A stretch of DNA of 32,000 nucleotides from Erysipelotrichaceae bacterium (lineage in GTDB: Bacteria; Bacillota_I; Bacilli_A; Erysipelotrichales; Erysipelotrichaceae): contig OY781039.1 in NCBI GenBank assembly GCA_963676105.1, positions 540,001 to 572,000 of the forward strand. Reading direction: 5' to 3'. The position numbers and the translations under genes were made by a program. The notes beneath the pieces are model-generated. The model searched no databases. It was given only the letters and a program-made list of their open reading frames with translations, and was not told where the DNA came from. Shown here piece after piece: positions 25,501 through 30,600 of the stretch; positions within the stretch are counted from its first letter, which is position 1, and every line of letters begins with the position of its first letter.

Positions 25501-26040
25501 TTCAGTTGCTTCAGCGGCAGTTTTCGCGTCTAGCCATGAAATATTAGATTCTACACTCATTGGTTGATAATAGTGACCATTACCATCTTTTTCATCATCA
25601 AAATATAAACCATCACCAATACTGAAAGTTATTTCACGACTTGAAATATCTGTTTTAGAATTTACAGGTGTAAACGTAACACTATTAAAAATACTTTCTA
25701 AATCCGATGCAGAATAAGTACCCGAAAAACTTAAAATCCCTGTATCTGAATGCCATTCTGCGTCTACATGACTTGAACTTAAAATGTCACCAGATACATA
25801 ACCAATTGAAATCGCAACATTTGCACCTGTTACAGTACTTTGATCATGTAGATCAATACTTATATTTGGATTTATAGTGATTACACTTCCGTCAGTAGAA
25901 TTAGTACTAATATTACTCGAAATATATACATTGGTATCTAAAGCTGTAACATTAAGACTTTCAATAGAATTTAATAAAAACAATAAAGTAAATATAAGTA
26001 CTCTTGTTGATTTAAATAAGAAAAGGAACAACTTTTTCAT
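19513..26040 (-). CDS. Giant (2175 aa) multidomain surface protein. Domain order: signal peptide, cadherin-like-looking N-domain, C-type-lectin-like domain, Listeria-Bacteroides repeat, beta-helix-like region, ~12 Ig-like modules, helical stalk, beta-sandwich, C-terminal TM anchor.
   Basis: N-terminal MKKLFLFLFKSTRVLIFTLLFLLNS signal-like sequence. Domain evidence is listed in the sub-features below. I saw no Cys codon in the whole ORF. Confidence 0.9.
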   Translation of the reverse strand: MKKLFLFLFKSTRVLIFTLLFLLNSIESLNVTALDTNVYISSNISTNSTDGSVITINPNISIDLHDQSTVTGANVAISIGYVSGDILSSSHVDAEWHSDTGILSFSGTYSASDLESIFNSVTFTPVNSKTDISSREITFSIGDGLYFDDEKDGNGHYYQPMSVESNISWLDAKTAAEATENKLFGLQGYLATIITAPENTFIATLTLPKTWFGATDDYTAINTALGLNQYADQSASEGHWYWATGPEAGSLFYEKSTNTAQTYLDSSTTKTFYTGWYSGEPNNFNLGLVDGENFGVLNYYTQGLWNDFAFHPNESSYYVPNYIIEYGGMPGDPDITISQKTNVSIQTYTLTYDGNTSTSGITPNSITQRVGTSTTVSTKNTLAKTNYSFVNWNTQADGSGTSYAANSTITLDSDITLYAQWKSDYEAVLNGVYSSLDSAINNAVDGDTIYLLKDFTKNTFIRIKNKSITITSEIGHTYTITKNGLNAWFGIEEGSTLNLSNVILDGNNTDSWYSIIFVGQYDSVTSATPTAGNLVINDGVVIKNFYYQYTDANKYASVINVFNGTVTINGGDIFNNRDKYYPSVIYVSSLGTLNINGGSIHDNSSIDSVTATNTYGTIYIETGGMINVSANASVVNNKNTNNAYTGDFDIQYVNNSQLNISDNFTGKIGIYSNSFYQTNDVFGTITSGKSIANGTIINNKDSSLYGVVNGTNLVWQTWQINITSYSTDLTNGNIDVTASTNVGTFDGTINTSQSETYTFTQNGTYTFSARNSLDTTKTETITISNIDKTAPVINLSASTTVLTNQDITINASISDDHTYISKYALGTQDTSYFQTAGTSFTSSFIVSENGTYTIYALDAAGNASVNTISISNIDKTAPEITGISEGGYYTSDQSISFSDGTAVLSGTLTINPFVSGSSINQDGTYTLTVTDSISNQTVIHFTIDNTSPVISLSAPSTLTNSNVTISAEINEVNLDTVKWASGSQTIDYFSSLGTVFDTSFTVSDNGTYSVYAVDKVGHQSLQTITIDTIDTTSPIVSLSPSITSLTNNNVIITASIIEDHLSQSKWASGEQLASYFINSGTVFNSSFSVSENGVYSVYVKDALGYETVETISISNIDKIAPVVTGVIEGQSYNSDLIVQYNEGTATLNGSNYNSGVSISGAGDYVLVVTDSASNQTIVNFTIDTTAPSFTGINNGEISTTDIAISFTSGSATLNGIAYTSATNISADGNYEFVISDSVGNSTTVNFKIDKTAPAISLSAPSTITNQNLNITANITEANLSISKWASGVQTASYFLGAGTVFTSNFSVSENGTYTVYAKDDAGYETVETITISNIDKIVPTIQLSADTSLTNQNVSVLSVISETNTYISKYASGNQTIEFFSSEGIDFTSSFNVSENGVYTVYARDLAGNESVNTITINSIYRVLPLINLSVNGSSTASQSISTVLSVSVDSSVSLSSIAYQWTNSSSFPSTGFFTSTTNNNSITLDSVSGTYYLHVQAIDNLGNIKEYSSLSFNLDNSAPELDGIINGESYNTDIKILFTEGQANLTGTLSSGSEVLMTNLSSGEIISEEGDYNLVISDELGNENSIDFTIDKTAPIISVPIIPTTTTNQDVTITVSSNEGTLNTTSHTFTENGSFTFIATDNAGNITETIVTVSNINKTSTSTTDVSTALSNANNQLDAYLTSIIDPSPAILALIADAKTHISTLTSSSAIDAYIADLIKKADLQILLDSKNLAENLLDNYFNNIEDASSQLIKLIDAFKVEILLIEDPILLNEKMQKLMLELDAQVLSDEKKSAIEDVNTLISTELENMNTTPEMLALKEELIALIEDLETIDDIEEIIKEYEQKIVVQASYDTALQELADIFNLYANDQSADYTMSGLDTLNAIFNRINNQISNSNISLEEKIILINQAIYDFNQVKVARSGLINPSSPSFDATDLNPKSIYLSVTSENGLAKGISASVQLSKTLGNSSLVYDLINSGKILNTSTSIDIDKLQSIISNQYIFAEADVQLLDANMQIVELEDKSGAFQISLILPEEYRDREDIKILMVNDGVVEVYDTVVVENVVTYTTNAFGKIYLMANPMEGDPGVKTSNLSAFISTGIVFILLQIIYIFLLKMKLHHQKVLSSLIILVYPLNAYLYLFVELIIMLYLGLYILKLRNDLKMEEMREDNDRI
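19567..19761 (-). other. C-terminal hydrophobic membrane anchor (2 or more TM segments) with a short charged tail; no LPXTG
   Basis: LSAFISTGIVFILLQIIYIFLL, then KMKLHHQK, then VLSSLIILVYPLNAYLYLFVELIIMLYLGLYIL, then KLRNDLKMEEMREDNDRI. Confidence 0.7.
21061..23889 (-). repeat. Array of ~12 tandem Ig-like modules (65-95 aa each, three subtypes) delimited by (I/L)DKTAP-like junctions
   Basis: Junction motifs at aa 786, 873, 943, 1029, 1116, 1182, 1248, 1335, ~1420, 1515, 1591 and 1656. Long modules share TN.NV.I.A.I....L...KWASG.Q...YF...G..F...F.VSENG.Y.VYA.D..G. Short modules share I.G...Y..D..I.F..G.A.LNG......G..I...G.Y.L...D..GN....NF.ID. Confidence 0.85.
24772..25002 (-). other. Listeria-Bacteroides repeat (flg_new-type) domain, aa ~347-423
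   Basis: YTLTYDGNTSTSG...TLAKTNYSFVNWNTQADGSGTSYAANSTITLDSDITLYAQW matches the characteristic Y.V.Y..NG...G...F.GW......G..Y......ITLYA.W pattern. Confidence 0.75.
25060..25578 (-). other. C-type-lectin-like domain (aa ~155-327) retaining EPN and WND motifs
   Basis: GHYYQP...ISWLDAKTAAEA...GYLATIITAPENTFI...WFGATDD...EGHWYWATGPEAG...TGWYSGEPNNF...ENFGV...GLWNDF. EPN is encoded at 25195..25203 (gaacctaat on the minus strand). Confidence 0.75.
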
Positions 26041-26240
26041 AGATAATCAAATTTTAATATAGTTGTTATTACTATTTGTTAACAGTACTCTATAAAGTCT
26101 ATATTTGAACTTATAAAGGTAATAATGTATTAAATTTAAGTGCTAATCATTAAGAAGTCACAAACAAATCAAATTTTGTAGGTCAGTTTAATCAAAATTG
26201 TATAATTAATATGTAAATTAGAAAAAAAAGGATAATTACT

Positions 26241-26816
26241 ATGTGTGGACGATATTTATTTAGACAAGAAGTAGATGAAGAAATAGAACGTTTATTAAAC
26301 GAACTTCCTTTGTCAGAGCAACAAGAACTTTCACTTAATGAAGTATTCCCTTCACAAAAAACTTTTGTGATGAATAAAGATCAGCAATATAAAGTTATGC
26401 GTTGGGGCTATGCTAAATGGGATAGTAAGGGTGTCGTGATTAATGCACGATCTGAAACAATTAAAGATTCTAATTTTTTTAATCAAGATTTGAAAGAAAG
26501 ACGATGCATCATAAAAGCTAAAGGTTTTTTTGAATGGAATAGTGATAAAGAAAAGAATTTAGTAACACCCATAAAAGATGATTACTTCTATATGGCAGGT
26601 TTATATACAAACGAAGAAACACCGCGCTTCGCAATCATAACTACCGAAGCTGATGGTGATTTTAAAAACCTTCACAATCGCATTCCTTTAATGATACCCA
26701 AAGCTTATATTAAAACTTATTTAAACGAAGGATTTGATTATTTCGAAGATTTTACTAAACTTAAACAAATTGATGTTCAATGGGAAAATCAATCTATTCA
26801 AACGCGCTTATTCTAA
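26241..26816 (+). CDS. SOS-response-associated peptidase (SRAP; YedK/HMCES-type abasic-site processing protein)
   Basis: MCGRY start (catalytic Cys2), INARSETI, FFEW and HNRIPLMI motifs. 191 aa. AAGGA SD. Confidence 0.9.
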   Translation: MCGRYLFRQEVDEEIERLLNELPLSEQQELSLNEVFPSQKTFVMNKDQQYKVMRWGYAKWDSKGVVINARSETIKDSNFFNQDLKERRCIIKAKGFFEWNSDKEKNLVTPIKDDYFYMAGLYTNEETPRFAIITTEADGDFKNLHNRIPLMIPKAYIKTYLNEGFDYFEDFTKLKQIDVQWENQSIQTRLF

Positions 26817-26828
26817 GTGCGTTTTTTG
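26801..26828 (+). terminator. Rho-independent terminator of the SRAP gene
   Basis: AACGCGC ttattctaa GTGCGTT TTTT(T). One G:U pair. The stop codon lies in the loop. Confidence 0.7.
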
Positions 26829-26854
26829 ATTTTTAATATGTTAAAATTAGATAT

Positions 26855-27826
26855 ATGAAACGTAGACTTCGTCGACCTTTTTTCGATGCATTAAAGATCG
26901 CAACAATCCTATTATTAATCGCATCAATCGTAACTTTAGGTGTCGTCTTTTGGAACTATATTTCGAAACCATCAGAAACCGACTACGTTAATCCAGATGA
27001 TGATAAAATTCAAACCTTTGATTACAGTGTAAATAACTACACCCTTTTTGATTTAGAAGAGTTTGATTTTAGATTTATCCTTGCTGATATTCATATAGAA
27101 AGCAACAAAACGATTAATCTTTCTCTTTCTAATTTTAGAACTTCTGAAAACATTCAATTAAATAGTGTAAATACATATATCCAAGCAATTGAACAAGCTG
27201 GTTATAACTTTGGAAATTATTCAGTTGTATTTGGTTTAACCTCTACAACAGTACAATTAGATGCTTTAATCTTTATTCCAATAATTGATGATTCTTTAGA
27301 TTATATTGATTTAGATATTACTTTGAATCCGATAAAGACATTAAGTTTTGATTTAAATAATCCAAGTAGTACTGGAACTATTAGTAATTTAGGTGAAAAT
27401 GAAGTAAACATTAATGCTGAAGATGTTGCTAAAGTTTCTTTTAGTAATCAATTATTAGTTGGCACATCACAATTCTATCAATTGGATGAAAATGGTCTTA
27501 GAATATCTGCACCATTCTCATCACAATCTCGCATATATGGTGTAGAAATTACTATAAAAAATTTAGGGAGTGAACCTTTTAGAATTACTCAAGCGTATGT
27601 TCATACTAAAAATTCCGAATCATTCTTAGTATTGAGCAATACTATTCTCGTTGATGGTGTAGATAACATAAATAATGTTTATATTGAAACTGAAAGCACA
27701 GGTTATCTATTCTTCGAAGTTTTAGGGCAAGATTTAACGATAGATGATTTTTCATCATTAGATATCTATTTTTCTAATCTTGATTTAACAACTTCATACA
27801 ACCTCAACTTATTGGAGGCTCAATAA
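26855..27826 (+). CDS. N-terminally anchored membrane protein with a beta-rich ectodomain, unknown function
   Basis: MKRRLRRPFFDALKIATILLLIASIVTLGVVFW signal-anchor. Two segments with alternating hydrophobic patterns (tentatively Ig-like/DUF4352-like). The stop overlaps the next ATG (TAATGA). Confidence 0.7.
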   Translation: MKRRLRRPFFDALKIATILLLIASIVTLGVVFWNYISKPSETDYVNPDDDKIQTFDYSVNNYTLFDLEEFDFRFILADIHIESNKTINLSLSNFRTSENIQLNSVNTYIQAIEQAGYNFGNYSVVFGLTSTTVQLDALIFIPIIDDSLDYIDLDITLNPIKTLSFDLNNPSSTGTISNLGENEVNINAEDVAKVSFSNQLLVGTSQFYQLDENGLRISAPFSSQSRIYGVEITIKNLGSEPFRITQAYVHTKNSESFLVLSNTILVDGVDNINNVYIETESTGYLFFEVLGQDLTIDDFSSLDIYFSNLDLTTSYNLNLLEAQ

Positions 27827-30486
27827 TGAAAAAGTTGTTCAGGCTCCTAATATCTTTGTTAGTCATAATCACTATTATCACTCCTATTCAAATACAACAA
27901 GTAGAGGCTGCAATTGATCCAAACACTTTGATTATTCCTGTAACTTCTTGTACTGATGGTTATTATAGTGTTGATCGTATTACTGGATATAACCAATTCA
28001 CTAATCTAGCTTGTTATCCTCAGAATCAATTTAGTGACGCAATAACAGCAATGTATGCTGCAGCAGCTGAAAGTCCAAATGTTGTAGTTAGAAATAATGC
28101 ATCATACAGTCCATTAAATATAGTCGCAGCTGATAGAGCAATGGTATATTCTCAAAATTACACTTACTTGGATTCAGAGACAATGAATTTAACTAGTGAT
28201 AAAGCTTTAACAATTCCGTATACATATATTAATGAAAAAAATTCATTATATTATTTTGGTACACAAATTAAAAGCAAATCCTCTACCGAAAATCTTACTC
28301 CTGAAGATCTAGTTGTCGAAGTTGAAATAAATGGAGCTCATGGTTTTGTACCATTAAATGGAGTTGATATTATCCCATTGATATATGTTGAAAACCGAGT
28401 AAATGATTGGTTTATTACGTATACAACAAAATCAATCACTGGTGTCTATTCTGGAAATGTAATTAGACCTGACGTTGTATGGTATGAAGTAAAAGATACA
28501 AATATTACTACTATTAATGGGACAATTACAAAGAAAATAGTTCAAGCACGAATTGATTTCGCAACTACATATGCTGTTTATGATCTTGGTTTAGCACCTA
28601 GCTGGTTATCAAATGGAATTTATTATTCAGCAGATGGTGTTCATTTTTACACTGATATGGATTTAAAAAATCCTGTTATGAGTGGTGAAGATGTTGGCAC
28701 TTATTTTAATTATTATCAATTTCTAAGTTTAAGGTCAAAAACAAATTATACTGGTGCTGAACTGGATGCATATTTTACATATTACTCAACTGTAAATGCA
28801 ACTTATGGTGGTGTAGATATTCAAACATCCGTGCTAAAAAATCAAGGTGTTTCATTTGTAAATGCACAAAATACTTATGGAATGAATGCACTTCTCATAT
28901 ATGCTATGGCTATACATGAAAGTGGCTTTGGAACATCTTCTTTTGCTGTTAACAACTACAATTTATTTGGATATGGAGCATATGATTCAAATCCCAATAA
29001 TGCGACTAACTATACATATGCATCTGTCGCTGATGGTGTTAATCAACATATGGGTTTAAACCTTCGAAATTATTTAGATTATAGCAACTATTCTACAAGT
29101 ACTAATAATTCACTATTCTATGCATCAAATATTGGTAGTAAAGGCGCAGGTGTAAACACTCGTTATGCGTCTGATCCTTGGTGGTCAATAAAAATTGCAG
29201 CATGGTCATTCAAAATTGATCGATACTTAGGTTTTAAAGACTTTGATTACTATCAAATTGGGATATTAGATGAAACTTCTCGTACTGTTTATAAAAACAG
29301 TCAATTAACAACTACGGCTTACACAGTAAATTCAAGAGCAACTGATTACCCCTATATTATTCATAGTAGTTATAACAACACTTACTACACTTATTCCACC
29401 AATCCAATAGCTGATGATGGAACTATAATTACTGGTTCAACTCCAGGTTTAGTTGCTTATAATTGGAATAATGCAACAGTATATGTAGGGTCTTCACAAA
29501 CAACACTTGCTAATACTGCACCAAACAATATCAATGTAATTAGTGGTACAGCAAATTTAATTACAAATATTCAAGACTTTAAATGGGATGATGAATCTGA
29601 AACTGTATATCTTATTGGATTTGCAGCTCTTGAAAATACAAATATGTCTAATGTTGAAGTTACTCATAAATTCGTTGCAATTGACTTAAACAACGAAGAC
29701 AACACATTTACTTTTGATCTAGATATATTAACAGGCAAAACTCTTAATCTTGGTGATGGATTAGATTATTCTAAGGCGTGGTTTGAAGGAACTGTGAATT
29801 TAAGTTCATTACCAAATGGTGATTATAGATTTGAATTACTTTCAACCGCTGGCGATACCACTGGTAATACAAACTTCTTTAATTCGTTATCAACTGCTCC
29901 ACTACCCACCGCAAATAATGTTTTATTAGACACTTCTACAACTTCTTATCTATTCAGGTTTAATAATAAATCAAAGATGAGATATGAGTTAACTAAAATT
30001 ACGGGTATTAGTGAATTTAATAGATCTGAAATCTTACCATCTCAAATTCCTTCATCTGCAAATGTTGTTAATTTAAACATGGTTGAGCAAACATTATCGA
30101 TTAAGGGGTTCTCATTCATTTTAGGAACAGATTTAGGTTTAGATGATCCTGTAACTCATAAGTTATTGTTTGTAAGCAGTACAGGTGAAAATTTCAGTTT
30201 CGATCTTCCAAGTGTTTCTGGACAAGATGTTTCAATACTAGGAAATGATTTTACAAATGCATGGTTTGAAAGTTCTGAAATTAATTTATCTACCATCCCG
30301 ATTGGTACATACGAAATTTATATTGTAACCTCTAATGGTTTATACACAGATTTAGTCAGAATTTATGACACTAGTCTTATTGGAGATTATGATTTCTCGA
30401 CAACTGATTTAAATTATTCATTTAAAGTAAACTCTGCACTTAGAAATACATACTACTTAGTTATTAGCGATATTATTACAGAATAA
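27826..30486 (+). CDS. Secreted peptidoglycan hydrolase with a GH73 N-acetylglucosaminidase domain and a duplicated C-terminal module
   Basis: Signal peptide MKKLFRLLISLLVIITIITPIQIQQVEA|A. GH73 core NAQNTYGMNALLIYAMAIHESGFGTSSFAVNNYNLFGYGAYD...RYASDPWW, with the candidate catalytic Glu365 at 28918..28920. Confidence 0.88.
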   Translation: MKKLFRLLISLLVIITIITPIQIQQVEAAIDPNTLIIPVTSCTDGYYSVDRITGYNQFTNLACYPQNQFSDAITAMYAAAAESPNVVVRNNASYSPLNIVAADRAMVYSQNYTYLDSETMNLTSDKALTIPYTYINEKNSLYYFGTQIKSKSSTENLTPEDLVVEVEINGAHGFVPLNGVDIIPLIYVENRVNDWFITYTTKSITGVYSGNVIRPDVVWYEVKDTNITTINGTITKKIVQARIDFATTYAVYDLGLAPSWLSNGIYYSADGVHFYTDMDLKNPVMSGEDVGTYFNYYQFLSLRSKTNYTGAELDAYFTYYSTVNATYGGVDIQTSVLKNQGVSFVNAQNTYGMNALLIYAMAIHESGFGTSSFAVNNYNLFGYGAYDSNPNNATNYTYASVADGVNQHMGLNLRNYLDYSNYSTSTNNSLFYASNIGSKGAGVNTRYASDPWWSIKIAAWSFKIDRYLGFKDFDYYQIGILDETSRTVYKNSQLTTTAYTVNSRATDYPYIIHSSYNNTYYTYSTNPIADDGTIITGSTPGLVAYNWNNATVYVGSSQTTLANTAPNNINVISGTANLITNIQDFKWDDESETVYLIGFAALENTNMSNVEVTHKFVAIDLNNEDNTFTFDLDILTGKTLNLGDGLDYSKAWFEGTVNLSSLPNGDYRFELLSTAGDTTGNTNFFNSLSTAPLPTANNVLLDTSTTSYLFRFNNKSKMRYELTKITGISEFNRSEILPSQIPSSANVVNLNMVEQTLSIKGFSFILGTDLGLDDPVTHKLLFVSSTGENFSFDLPSVSGQDVSILGNDFTNAWFESSEINLSTIPIGTYEIYIVTSNGLYTDLVRIYDTSLIGDYDFSTTDLNYSFKVNSALRNTYYLVISDIITE
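29560..30483 (+). repeat. Internal duplication: two ~161-aa modules in the C-terminus of the GH73 protein
   Basis: THKFVAIDLNNEDNTFTFDL...LGDGLDYSKAWFEGTVNLSSLPNGDYRFELLS vs THKLLFVSSTGENFSFDL...LGNDFTNAWFESSEINLSTIPIGTYEIYIVT. The AWFE codons are 483 nt apart (29776 vs 30259). Confidence 0.75.
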
Positions 30487-30510
30487 TAAATATTAATGAT
30501 CATTATGTTA

Positions 30511-30575
30511 AAAAAACGAAATCAGATTCTAAGCAAAAATTTAAATTTTGCAAGAAAATAATGATTTCGTTTTTA
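30511..30575. terminator. Bidirectional terminator region (nested hairpins) between convergent genes
   Basis: Outer stem AAAAACGAAATCA (30512..30524) pairs with TGATTTCGTTTTT (30562..30574). Inner hairpin GCAAAA-atttaaa-TTTTGC. A- and T-runs on both sides. Confidence 0.6.
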
Positions 30576-30600
30576 TATTAATTTTATAATTCTCTAAGAT

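Noticed and set aside
26041-26240. Direct repeats ATCAAATTTT (26046..26055 and 26168..26177), the variant ATCAAAATTG (26191..26200), and small palindromes (TGTTAACA, AGTACT) as regulatory sites
   Set aside because: In a 200-bp stretch this AT-rich, a 10-mer repeat is roughly what chance predicts. There is no dyad symmetry or spacing logic relative to the candidate promoters.
30493-30504. Perfect 12-bp palindrome TAATGATCATTA just after the GH73 stop codon
   Set aside because: It is an isolated short AT-rich palindrome with no second copy or adjacent promoter, most likely part of the terminator region or chance.
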